From: a bacterium
Lineage (GTDB): Bacteria; SAR324; NAC60-12
Direction: 5' to 3'
Length of the DNA stretch: 64,000 bases
Assembly: GCA_965233585.1 (NCBI GenBank)
Contig: CBDDTI010000745.1
Span: 96,001 to 160,000, forward strand
Shown piece by piece: positions 47,823 through 56,837 of this stretch. Position 1 is the first letter of the stretch, and each line of letters begins with the position of its first letter. A model generated the notes under the pieces. The model was not told the DNA's origin. It worked only from the letters and a program-made list of their open reading frames with translations, and made no database searches. The position numbers and the translations under genes are program-made.

Positions 47823-49145
47823 CTATCTGCCGTAGAATTGTTCTGGTAGCCAAAGAGCAATTTGTGGAAAAATCATCACTAAGGCTAAAGCAACAATCAT
47901 AATCACGACAAATGGACTAATAGAAGCATAAATATCTCTAATGGTGATGCTTGGTGGTGCCATAGCACGCATCAAAAAAAGATTGTATCCAAAAGGGGGC
48001 GTCATGTAAGCAATTTGTGTGGTAATGGTATAAAGCACTCCGTACCATACTAGGTCAAAACCCAGTACCTTGACCAAAGGAATGTATAAAGGCGCTACGA
48101 TGACCAACATGGCAGTATCGTCCAAGAAAGTCCCCATGATGATAAAACTCAGCTGCATCAGAATTAAAATCATCCAAGGGTTAAGTTCTAATTGCTGTGT
48201 GAAGAATATTTCAATAGCCCGCACTGCCCCTAATCCATCAAAAACTGCCCCAAAGCCTAAAGCTGCCAAAATGATCCACATGAACATACAAGAAATCCCT
48301 AAAGTTTGCTTGAGACAAGTTTGAAACACTTCTTTTGTCATACGTCTTTTGACAAAGGCAGTGAGTAATGAAGCTAATGCGCCAATGGCAGATGCTTCAA
48401 CCAAAGAAGCCCAACCGTTGATAAAAGGGACAATCATCACAGCAAAGATTCCAATCGGTAATAAACCAGCTTGAAGCAGTTTTATTTTTTCAGACCAAGA
48501 CACTTGACGATGTTCTGAACTCATTGCAGGAGCTAAGTGGGGGTAAATTTTGCAAATGACTGCAATGTAGATGATAAACATGGCTGCCATCATCAAACCC
48601 GGAAGTATTCCAGCTAACCATAATTGACTTACAGGTTGACGAGCAATCATCGCATACAAAACCAACACCACTGACGGAGGCACAAGAATCCCCAAAGAAG
48701 AACCTGCTTGAATGACACCAGTCACCATGCGCTTATTGTAACCACGCCTTAGTAATTCTGGTAAAGCGATGGTTGAACCAATAGCCATACCTGCCACAGA
48801 AAGTCCATTCATCGCAGAAATCAAAACCATCAAAAGGATCGTGCCAATGGCTAAGCCTCCATTCAAAGGTCCCATCCAGACATGCAACATTTTGTACAAA
48901 TCATCAGCAATCTTAGTTTCTGAAAGCACATAGCCCATGAAAATAAAGAGAGGCAACGTCAACAAAGGGTACCACTTCATCAATTTCATGGCTGCAGAAA
49001 AAGGAAGACTACTGCCTCCAGTCCCCCACAACAACAAGGCTGCAATCGCAGCAGTGAAACCAATTGCTCCAAAAACACGTTGCCCTGTGAATAAAAGAAG
49101 CATCATGCAAGAGAACATGAAAATGGCTATCATTTCATAGGACAC
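47823..49145 (-). CDS. dctM: TRAP large permease
   Basis: LPLFIFMG, GSSLGILVPPS, GILPGL, YMTPPFGYNLF. Confidence 0.92.
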   Translation of the reverse strand: MSYEMIAIFMFSCMMLLLFTGQRVFGAIGFTAAIAALLLWGTGGSSLPFSAAMKLMKWYPLLTLPLFIFMGYVLSETKIADDLYKMLHVWMGPLNGGLAIGTILLMVLISAMNGLSVAGMAIGSTIALPELLRRGYNKRMVTGVIQAGSSLGILVPPSVVLVLYAMIARQPVSQLWLAGILPGLMMAAMFIIYIAVICKIYPHLAPAMSSEHRQVSWSEKIKLLQAGLLPIGIFAVMIVPFINGWASLVEASAIGALASLLTAFVKRRMTKEVFQTCLKQTLGISCMFMWIILAALGFGAVFDGLGAVRAIEIFFTQQLELNPWMILILMQLSFIIMGTFLDDTAMLVIVAPLYIPLVKVLGFDLVWYGVLYTITTQIAYMTPPFGYNLFLMRAMAPPSITIRDIYASISPFVVIMIVALALVMIFPQIALWLPEQFYGR

Positions 49146-49663
49146 ACCATCTCCTTTCCATAGAGTTTGTAAACATCTTTAATGAAAATTGCAATAGCTT
49201 GCAAGATCATCAAAAAGATACCAAGAACCATAATGATTTTGATTGGGTACAAATAAGGACGCCATGCCGTAGCGCTTCGTTCATTGTATTCTAAAGCGTA
49301 CATGGTGCTGTCTATTGCGCCGTAAAACAAAACACCTAGATAAAAAATCATAAAAAAAATAGTCATGCAGTCTAGTTTAATCTTGTTCCGTTCTGAAAGT
49401 TTTTCATAAAAAACGTCCATACGAACGTTAGCGTTCATTTGCAAGGCGTAAGGACCTCCTAAAATATAATAAGCCACCATCGCAAACTGCGCCATTTCCA
49501 AAGTCCAAAGAGAAGGCACAAAAAAAGTTTTAGAGACAGAAGACCACACCAAAATGAGAAGCATGACAAAAATACCATAGCCCACCCATTTCCCAATGAG
49601 TTGATTCAGCTTGTCAACAACTTGAACATAAAAACAAAAAAATTGATTCATCAAATCACTCAA
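49130..49663 (-). CDS. dctQ: TRAP small permease
   Basis: Four TM segments, WTLEMAQF, ANVRMDVFY; overlaps dctM. Confidence 0.9.
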   Translation of the reverse strand: MSDLMNQFFCFYVQVVDKLNQLIGKWVGYGIFVMLLILVWSSVSKTFFVPSLWTLEMAQFAMVAYYILGGPYALQMNANVRMDVFYEKLSERNKIKLDCMTIFFMIFYLGVLFYGAIDSTMYALEYNERSATAWRPYLYPIKIIMVLGIFLMILQAIAIFIKDVYKLYGKEMVCPMK

Positions 49664-49743
49664 TAAATTGTAATTGCCTCATCATCTAAAAAAAGATTAA
49701 AAAAATCAAATCATTCAGCTCAAAGTATAAAAACTCTTTCGCA

Positions 49744-51180
49744 TCAAATAATCTCAAAATAACGTTGCAAATGCCAAATTTCTTTTTGTTGTTTTTCAAA
49801 CCCTGCTTTGTCAGTTGAAAGACTATTGGAGTTTGTCATAGATTCCAAAAATTTTTGCTGTCGTGTCTCTTCCCAGAGTCGGGTGTAAGCAAAATGTTTA
49901 ACAAAGGGAGTTCCAAACCACTCATGCGCCATTTCAGATTGAAGCAAAAGTTCAGCAGCTTGTGTTAAAGAACTGGAAAGTTTCAGCTCTTGAGGAAACT
50001 TTTGAGCGTAGGCATTGCCAGCAACGGGAGAAGAAGGGTTTATTTTGTTCTTGATTCCCCACAATCCAGAGGCGATGGCAGCAGAAAGAGCAAGATACGG
50101 ATTCATGTCTGCACCAGCTATGCGATACTCTACCCGTTGAGAAGCAGCTGAACCAGTGATTGCACGTAAAGCACAGGTTCTATTTTCAATGCCCCACGTT
50201 GCGTCGGTTGGCGCCCAAAACCCCGGAATAAGACGTGTGTAACTATTGCAGTTGGAAGCGACTAAAGCAAGCAGTTCTGGCATCAGTTTTTGTTGTCCTC
50301 CAATAAACCAAAGCATTTCTTGGGAAAGCGTCCCGTCAGTTGATTCATCATAAAAGACAGGCTTTTCATCATGGTCTTGGAGAGAGAGATGCAAATGTCC
50401 AGATTGTCCGGGGTAGATTGGCGACCATTTTGCCATGAAGGTTGCCATCATCTCTTGTTTCTGTGCCAGAACTTTCGTAAAAGTTTTAAACAAGGTCGCA
50501 TCGTCTGCCGCTTTGAGTGCTGGCTGATACTTCAATGCCGCCTCTATCACTCCGGGACCAGTTTCTGTATGAATGCCTTCTAAAGGCATGTTCATCTCCT
50601 GACAAAGATCCATCAAATCATGGTAAAACGCATCATGTACTGACGAACGCAAAACGGAGTAGCCAAACATTCCCGGTGTGAACGTTTTAAGGTTTTGGTA
50701 GTTTTTTCCTCGCACACTTTCAACAGTTTCTTGAAAAAGAAAAAACTCAAATTCTGCAGAAGCCAACACCCTAAACCCCGTAGATTCTGCTTGCTTTAAA
50801 ACCCTTTTGAGCAAGGAACGTGGACACACTTCTGCAGCAGAACTTTCTGAAAAGTCAGCCAGACAAAGCGGGGTCATCTTTTTCTCCAAAGGAAGCATTC
50901 GGCAGGTTGTCAAATCCAAAGTCGCCCAAGCATCAGGGAATCCTTTTTGCCAGCCCGTAAAAGAGTCTTGCTCGTAAAGCTCATCAGCACTATCCCAACC
51001 AAAAATCACATCGCAAAAACCCAGACCTTTTTGAACAGCAGAAAGGAATTTTTCAGAACTCACATACTTCCCACGCAAAACTCCATCTAAATCAGTGATT
51101 GCTAGCTTCACTCTGTCAATCGCTTGTTGTTCCAAAAACGTTGCCGCTTCTTCAACAGTTTTTAATTCAAGTGGAATCAT
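49744..51180 (-). CDS. Glutamine synthetase-like gamma-glutamyl-amine ligase
   Basis: DLDGVLRGK, EFEFFLF, HTETGPG, ATFMAK, SGHLHLSL, WGIENRT, VEYRIAGADMNPY. Confidence 0.9.
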   Translation of the reverse strand: MIPLELKTVEEAATFLEQQAIDRVKLAITDLDGVLRGKYVSSEKFLSAVQKGLGFCDVIFGWDSADELYEQDSFTGWQKGFPDAWATLDLTTCRMLPLEKKMTPLCLADFSESSAAEVCPRSLLKRVLKQAESTGFRVLASAEFEFFLFQETVESVRGKNYQNLKTFTPGMFGYSVLRSSVHDAFYHDLMDLCQEMNMPLEGIHTETGPGVIEAALKYQPALKAADDATLFKTFTKVLAQKQEMMATFMAKWSPIYPGQSGHLHLSLQDHDEKPVFYDESTDGTLSQEMLWFIGGQQKLMPELLALVASNCNSYTRLIPGFWAPTDATWGIENRTCALRAITGSAASQRVEYRIAGADMNPYLALSAAIASGLWGIKNKINPSSPVAGNAYAQKFPQELKLSSSLTQAAELLLQSEMAHEWFGTPFVKHFAYTRLWEETRQQKFLESMTNSNSLSTDKAGFEKQQKEIWHLQRYFEII

Positions 51181-51189
51181 AAGAATTTT

Positions 51190-52008
51190 TTAAGTCATTT
51201 GAGTAGTGGTCATTGATGACATAGTGAAGTGCAACCAATTTCTGATTTCAACACTATGTTGTGGATAATGAAGAACCTCTTCAGGTAGATTGATTTCTTT
51301 TTGAAGGTTTTGCATGAAGTCTTCTATTCCTTCATCGGTGTCCATGTGTTGTTCTGTCAAAGTGTTCCCCATCTCTTTCAAAAGACCAAGCATGTCTTGA
51401 CATTGAAACTCGGGATGATACTGCACCCCTACAAAAACCCCTCCTTCAAATTCTATTTGTGCCGCTTGAACTGAACTATGTTGATTGCTTGCTAGTACAG
51501 TAGAACGTGCAGGGAGCTTTTCCACTTCGTCATAATGAACACAGAAACTTTGAAAGTTATCAGAACGTTTCTTCAAAAGAAAATGCTTTTTCCCTTTATC
51601 AGTTAATTTGATAGGAGTCGTGATTCCTATTTCAATGCCATTTGGTGAATCTCTTACTTGACCTCCTGCTGCCACTGTTGCCACTTGTAGCCCCCAACAA
51701 CTTCCGTAAAACGGAACGTGACTTTTAAAAACATCTTGAGCAAATTCAATTTGACGCAAGACCTCTGTTTTTTGATCCATCACACGCAGAGATGAGCCTG
51801 TCCACAAGACTCCAGTATATTGTTGCAATTCACGCACTGAGGGCAATTTGAAGTCAAGCTGTGCAGGAAAAGCAACATCAATCGCCGCATGAGGCACTTC
51901 TTCCATGACCAAATTGGAGAACTGCTGATGATAAACAGTTCGTTGCAAGGTCTGCATCTCCTTCAACCTAGCAGGAGTCTGTCCCTCTACTATTAAAAAT
52001 TTTTTCAT
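51190..52008 (-). CDS. Type 1 glutamine amidotransferase-like hydrolase
   Basis: WTGS, GSCWGLQ (Cys nucleophile), GVQYHPE (His-Glu). Confidence 0.88.
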   Translation of the reverse strand: MKKFLIVEGQTPARLKEMQTLQRTVYHQQFSNLVMEEVPHAAIDVAFPAQLDFKLPSVRELQQYTGVLWTGSSLRVMDQKTEVLRQIEFAQDVFKSHVPFYGSCWGLQVATVAAGGQVRDSPNGIEIGITTPIKLTDKGKKHFLLKKRSDNFQSFCVHYDEVEKLPARSTVLASNQHSSVQAAQIEFEGGVFVGVQYHPEFQCQDMLGLLKEMGNTLTEQHMDTDEGIEDFMQNLQKEINLPEEVLHYPQHSVEIRNWLHFTMSSMTTTQMT

Positions 52009-52052
52009 TCTATTACTAAAAATTTTTGCATTCGGTGGATTGACCTGCTTTT

Positions 52053-53225
52053 TTATAAACGATTCAAATCTCCAAGCACCGCCGCAGAAAACAACTTGGT
52101 CAAATCGTCAGCACAAAGCGGTTTAGCATTGGTTGGTGTAGAAGGGTCAGCTTCTGCCAAATCTCCAATGGATTCTGCTTGATCCAAAGGAATCTCAATT
52201 TCTCCAAGACTATGGGGAATGTTCAATTCCTGACGCAACTTCAAAAAAAACTCCAAAACACCTGATGTTCCTTGCCCGGGCAACTGAAGATAATTGCTCA
52301 AATAATCCATTTTTTCTCCAATGGCATCAGCATTTTGTTTGAGTGCATAAGGTAAAAGAATCGCATTGGTCAGTCCATGATGTGCATTATAGATTGCACC
52401 AATAGGATGAGCTAAAGAATGGACTGACCCCAATCCTTTTTGAAAGGCAGTAGCTCCCATCGTTGCCGCAACAAGCATCTGTCCACGTGCTTCCAAATCC
52501 TGACCATTTTGAAAAGCACGAGGCAGATAAGTTTTGACCAAACGCATTGCTTCCAGTGCAATCCCATCTGCCATAGGGTGATAACTCGGTGAACAAAATG
52601 CTTCCCAAGCATGAGTCATCGCATCAAGACCTGTCCATGCTGTGAGGTGAGCAGGCAGTGCCAAAGTCAATTCAGGGTCAGCAATGACAAGTGACGGGAG
52701 CATAGTAGGGTGAAAAATAATCACTTTACGTTGGCTTTGTGTGTTCACAATCACTGATGCACGCCCCACTTCAGAGCCTGTTCCTGCCGTAGTAGGAATG
52801 GCAATGACAGGCGGGAGGTTGGTTGCTTTGGCTTTTTTCCAATTTTCTCCTACATCTTCAAACTCCCAAAGTGGCAAGTCTTGTTCTGCCATCAAGGCAA
52901 TGGTTTTTCCTGCATCAAGACCTGACCCTCCACCCAAAGCGATGACTCCATCATGTTTTCCTTCCCTATAAACTTCAACACCATTGAGAACATTTTCCCC
53001 AGTAGGATTTCCTTGAACATCAGAATAAAGACTCACTTGCAACCCTTGACTGGTTAGTAGTTTAAGTGTGTTTTGAACAACTGGAAGATGAGCCAATCCT
53101 GCATCGGTGACCAATAACGGCTTTTGGATATTCTTATCACGGCAAGCTCTTGGCAGTTCTTGGATACGACCACGTCCAAACCAAATAGTGGTGGGATAAT
53201 TCCAATTAGCTTGTGGTAAAGTCAT
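52053..53225 (-). CDS. Iron-containing alcohol dehydrogenase
   Basis: GGGSGLD, PTTAGTGSE, DAMTHAWE, HSLAH..HHGL. Confidence 0.92.
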   Translation of the reverse strand: MTLPQANWNYPTTIWFGRGRIQELPRACRDKNIQKPLLVTDAGLAHLPVVQNTLKLLTSQGLQVSLYSDVQGNPTGENVLNGVEVYREGKHDGVIALGGGSGLDAGKTIALMAEQDLPLWEFEDVGENWKKAKATNLPPVIAIPTTAGTGSEVGRASVIVNTQSQRKVIIFHPTMLPSLVIADPELTLALPAHLTAWTGLDAMTHAWEAFCSPSYHPMADGIALEAMRLVKTYLPRAFQNGQDLEARGQMLVAATMGATAFQKGLGSVHSLAHPIGAIYNAHHGLTNAILLPYALKQNADAIGEKMDYLSNYLQLPGQGTSGVLEFFLKLRQELNIPHSLGEIEIPLDQAESIGDLAEADPSTPTNAKPLCADDLTKLFSAAVLGDLNRL

Positions 53226-53252
53226 CTTGGTTTTTGGAACGAGCAAAAGGTT

Positions 53253-54635
53253 TTAGAGTTTCAAGTGATAAGATTTAGGGCGTGTGAGGTGTTGATAACC
53301 AAGTGCGGAAAGCGTCACGCCACGTCCAGTATTTTTGACTCCAGTCCAAGCTAATGCTGGGTCAAGATAATCACAACGATTCATAAACACAGTGCCTGTC
53401 TCTAGGAATTGTCCCAGCTGTTTAGCACGTTCTACATCTTGAGTCCAAAGCGAAGCTGTCAATCCATACTGGCTGTCATTCATCAGCTGAAGGGCTTCTT
53501 GGTCATTGCTCACTTTCATTATGCCAACAACGGGTCCAAAACTTTCTTCTTGCATCACTGCCATCTCGTGATTGACATTCACTAAAACGTGAGGTGCCAG
53601 ATAAGGCGTGCCAGCACATGAGTTTTTAAAATGACTTTCATCAATCAAAGATGTTGCCCCTGAATGAACAGCCTGTGCAATTTGGCTTCTGACAAAATCT
53701 GCCGCTTGAGTTTTCACCATTGGACCTAAATTGGTGTCCTCTTCTAGTGGATTTCCAAGACGATATGCTTTGGTTTCTTCTACAAAACACTCTACAAATT
53801 CCTTGTAAATTGCTTGTTCCACATAAATTCTCTCAATACCACAACAAGATTGTCCAGAATTGAAAAATGCACCATCTACCAAACTTGCTACTGCTTGATT
53901 CAAATTGGCATCTGAACAGACGTAAGCAGGGTCTTTCCCCCCCAATTCCAAACCACAGGGAATGAACTTTTCAACAATGTTTTTTTGGACAACTTTTCCT
54001 CCTTCTACTGAACCTGTAAAAAACACTCCACAGGTGTCTTGATGAGCGACTAAAACGGCAGCCAGTTCGTGATTCAAGTGCAAATGTTGAAAGACTCCTT
54101 GAGGAAACCCTGCTTGTTGTGCCGCCTGACTGTAACGTTCTGCAACCAATGGAGTTTGGAAAGAATGCTTCAAAATCACAACATTTCCTGCAACCAATGC
54201 GGGTATGATGGCATTCACCGATGTCAGCCATGGATAATTCCAAGGACTCAAAACTACGACAACCCCTAAAGGTTCATGGGCAATCCAACGTTCAAAACCT
54301 TTCTTTTGATTAGGCAAGTCAGGGGCAAGGGCTTCTTGGGCAATCTCAATCATGTAGCCAGCACGTTCTGCAAAGCCGTCAATCTCAAAAGGGGTTTGAC
54401 TGATGGGTCTCCCCATTTGCCAAGTGATTTCTTCTGATAGTTGTTTTTTTTGGTCAATAAGAATCTCAACAAAACGTGTGACAGATGCAATCCGTTCTTC
54501 CAGCAAAAGTGATTTCCATTCAAGAAAACCCTGCTTTGCTTGTTTCAAAGCATTTTCAATGTCTTGATGGGTCTGTTGTTCTCCTTCTTTGTAAATTGAC
54601 TGGTCAACAGGGCTAATGGTTTGATAACGTCGCAT
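53253..54635 (-). CDS. Aldehyde dehydrogenase
   Basis: PWNYP, FTGSVEGG, LELGGKDP, NSGQSCC, EESFGP. Confidence 0.93.
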   Translation of the reverse strand: MRRYQTISPVDQSIYKEGEQQTHQDIENALKQAKQGFLEWKSLLLEERIASVTRFVEILIDQKKQLSEEITWQMGRPISQTPFEIDGFAERAGYMIEIAQEALAPDLPNQKKGFERWIAHEPLGVVVVLSPWNYPWLTSVNAIIPALVAGNVVILKHSFQTPLVAERYSQAAQQAGFPQGVFQHLHLNHELAAVLVAHQDTCGVFFTGSVEGGKVVQKNIVEKFIPCGLELGGKDPAYVCSDANLNQAVASLVDGAFFNSGQSCCGIERIYVEQAIYKEFVECFVEETKAYRLGNPLEEDTNLGPMVKTQAADFVRSQIAQAVHSGATSLIDESHFKNSCAGTPYLAPHVLVNVNHEMAVMQEESFGPVVGIMKVSNDQEALQLMNDSQYGLTASLWTQDVERAKQLGQFLETGTVFMNRCDYLDPALAWTGVKNTGRGVTLSALGYQHLTRPKSYHLKL

Positions 54636-54772
54636 GTGGCGTCTTTTGTGATGAGAAATTGATTGACAGTTGGTGTAAATCACTTTTTTTCATATCTCTC
54701 GCACTTCTGATTCTTTCAAGGGGTATGATGTTCTCTGTGTTTTAAAAAATTGTTTTCATTTAAATGAATCAT

Positions 54773-55313
54773 CAAAAACCTTTCACAGAATTATGAAAGA
54801 TTTGGCAAGAATACACAAAACTCATCACTTATGCAAGTCTTTTTTTAATCTTGGTGAGATGAGTTGAAAAATACCAAATCATTTTTGGAAAAGGTGTGAT
54901 AGCATTTTGCTGTTTTTTGACTTCTGACAAATTGACTGATGAATCGTCTCATTTACTACACATATTTTGCCTTCTTTGCCTTGGGTGCAGGAGTCGCAGA
55001 AGCAGGGATTACACTAGTTTGGTTTGATGAATTTTTCCCTTTATGGAGCAAGGAAACCATTTTATTCACAAGGTTTGCAGGGTCGTTGATTGGTGGGGCT
55101 TTCTTGATTGCCAAATTCAATCTTTCTCGGTTTTGTTATGTCACACTAGGTCTGGCTCATTTGCTGTTGCTTGTTCCGTCTGATGAAACAGGGATTTTTG
55201 CTTTTTTTATACGTGGCGTAGTGGGAATCATCTTGGTCATTTTTCATAACACACAGATTGGCATTTTGATTGAGAATTTGGAGAGGCGTCAGAAGGTGAT
55301 GAATCTGGCACAG
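54773..55313. repeat. Direct repeat copy A (541 bp): promoter P2 plus 5' third of the MFS gene
   Basis: Matches 56838-57378 at offset 2065; minus-strand TTGCAT-N17-TATTCT at 54836-54808. Confidence 0.95.
54939..55313 (+). pseudogene. Truncated copy of the MFS gene (frame runs on through attC to 55409)
   Basis: First 125 codons match 57004 onward, then unrelated sequence. Confidence 0.88.
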
Positions 55314-55333
55314 ACGGTGGGACGTTATTCAAT

Positions 55334-55411
55334 GCCTAACGCCAAAAACCAGAGGCTGACAGCACAGAGCGAAGCGGCGTTTTGGCAGTCCGCTGGAGTA
55401 CCTTGTTAGGC
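55334..55411 (-). mobile_element. Integron attC site (78 bp)
   Basis: Minus strand GCCTAAC...GTTAGGC (RYYYAAC/GTTRRRY), imperfect internal inverted repeat, upstream ORF stop lies inside GCCTAAC. Confidence 0.85.
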
Positions 55412-55513
55412 TTTTTTGTCTTTTGGTGATTTGTGATTTATGGCTTGATACGCAACGACACCAAGACCAGCGATAAAGAATAAGAATGTGAATATAAATA
55501 GGTATTGTCCCAT
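55406..55513 (-). CDS. 35-aa single-TM peptide (absent from the ORF track)
   Basis: MGQYLFIFTFLFFIAGLGVVAYQAINHKSPKDKKA; TAATG overlap with the upstream ORF; stop in the attC inverse core. Confidence 0.7.
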   Translation of the reverse strand: MGQYLFIFTFLFFIAGLGVVAYQAINHKSPKDKKA

Positions 55514-55737
55514 TACAATTTCAGACGGTCCAAACATTTAAAAACCTTGCGATTTATAGCCGCAATAATGACAGTGATAAAAACAATAGACATTGAGCAA
55601 AGAAGTAAAACTGCTATATCTTGTTCTTGAAAGTTTTGTACAAACCAAGCCAACAACGATAAATCGGTTGCTACAAAAATGGCAAAAACAACTTTATACC
55701 AACCAATTTCTTCTTTGATTCTAGCTTCCTCAGACAT
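55513..55737 (-). CDS. 74-aa two-TM hypothetical protein (cassette 2)
   Basis: Starts about 45 nt after the preceding attC core; two hydrophobic segments. Confidence 0.75.
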   Translation of the reverse strand: MSEEARIKEEIGWYKVVFAIFVATDLSLLAWFVQNFQEQDIAVLLLCSMSIVFITVIIAAINRKVFKCLDRLKL

Positions 55738-55783
55738 GGTTTTGATTTTATCAAGTCTGCGGTGAAAAGCAAAATTTGAACGA

Positions 55784-55843
55784 ACTTAACGCCCAAATAA
55801 GCGGTGGCTTTTTGATGTCCGAGTAGCATTTGCCTTGTTATGC
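55784..55843 (-). mobile_element. Integron attC site (60 bp)
   Basis: Minus strand GCATAAC...GTTAAGT starting 2 nt after the endonuclease stop; CAAAT/ATTTG inner arms. Confidence 0.8.
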
Positions 55844-55845
55844 AC

Positions 55846-56796
55846 TCACTCAACCCCAATTAACAATTCTGGAGCATGCCGAATTACAAATCTAGCAACA
55901 TCAGAGCCAGCTATTATATCTATGGCTTTACCTATTTTTTCTGAGGCTTGCCTAACACAATCTTCTAACTCTTCTGTTTTTTCTGCGGTAGTAATAAGCA
56001 GTCCACCATCAGCCTCGTACTTTTTAATACCATTCACAATTTGATCTACAGCATTTAAATCATAGTGTTTCCCTTCATAGGATTTTGCCTGCACTATCAA
56101 TCTACTGGTAAAACTAACCCCTATTATTGGGTTTTGAAACTCTACAATTAAATCCGCTCCATTATCAGTCTTCCACCCAAATCCGTTTTGTATGGATTCA
56201 ACATTGGGCATATTATCAAAAATTCTATGTAAAAACCTTTCAAACTCCTTGCTCTTATTCATTTCGTGAATATAACCACTAATTTGTGGTAGCAATTCAC
56301 TCACCTTTTCTTTGAGGTGAATAACCCCTCGAGACTCGTCTTGATTCTCTGAAAATTGATTCCTTTTGATGTTATCCAATGATTGTAAAAAATCTTTCAC
56401 CTGCAACACTCTCTGTCCTCTGCGCATGGGTGCCAAATTAACAGATGGCAGAATATTCACATCTTTACGATTAAATTCGACAATAGTTTTAGGGTCAACA
56501 GGAATGTAATTATTGAAATCACGACCCCAAGAACATTCTACTCCATCATCAAAATCATACTCCCCAGTAGATTGAACCGCCACACAATTGTCATAGCTTG
56601 GATTATTGATATGGACTATCCAGTCTCCTTTTTTGATTCTCAGTAAAAAAGCATTTTTTCCAAGATAGTTTTTTCTTAAGTCACCGCCTTGTGCCCATCC
56701 AAAACGAGATTTACCTAATTTGATTGACTCATAAACTTTTTTACGAGCGTCTTCGCAATTATCTATTTTTGCAAAAGCATAAACTTGTGTTTCCAT
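55846..56796 (-). CDS. Mrr-like (type IV) restriction endonuclease (cassette 1)
   Basis: EFERFL..IF, DNGADLIV, LIVQAKSY, GLLITT (Mrr_cat-type motifs). Confidence 0.82.
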   Translation of the reverse strand: METQVYAFAKIDNCEDARKKVYESIKLGKSRFGWAQGGDLRKNYLGKNAFLLRIKKGDWIVHINNPSYDNCVAVQSTGEYDFDDGVECSWGRDFNNYIPVDPKTIVEFNRKDVNILPSVNLAPMRRGQRVLQVKDFLQSLDNIKRNQFSENQDESRGVIHLKEKVSELLPQISGYIHEMNKSKEFERFLHRIFDNMPNVESIQNGFGWKTDNGADLIVEFQNPIIGVSFTSRLIVQAKSYEGKHYDLNAVDQIVNGIKKYEADGGLLITTAEKTEELEDCVRQASEKIGKAIDIIAGSDVARFVIRHAPELLIGVE

Positions 56797-56837
56797 TTTA
56801 TTCCTTCATTACTATTGAATTTAAACGAATTGACCAC

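Noticed and set aside
49744..51180. Housekeeping glutamine synthetase glnA
   Set aside because: The catabolic context and sequence style indicate a GS-like gamma-glutamyl ligase.
54939..55409. Intact 156-aa membrane protein
   Set aside because: It is a truncated MFS copy whose last ~30 codons read through the attC site.
56815..56830. attI site at the P3 junction (GTTTAAA)
   Set aside because: It does not fit GTTRRRY, does not complement the cassette's GCATAAC, and no intI is in the window.
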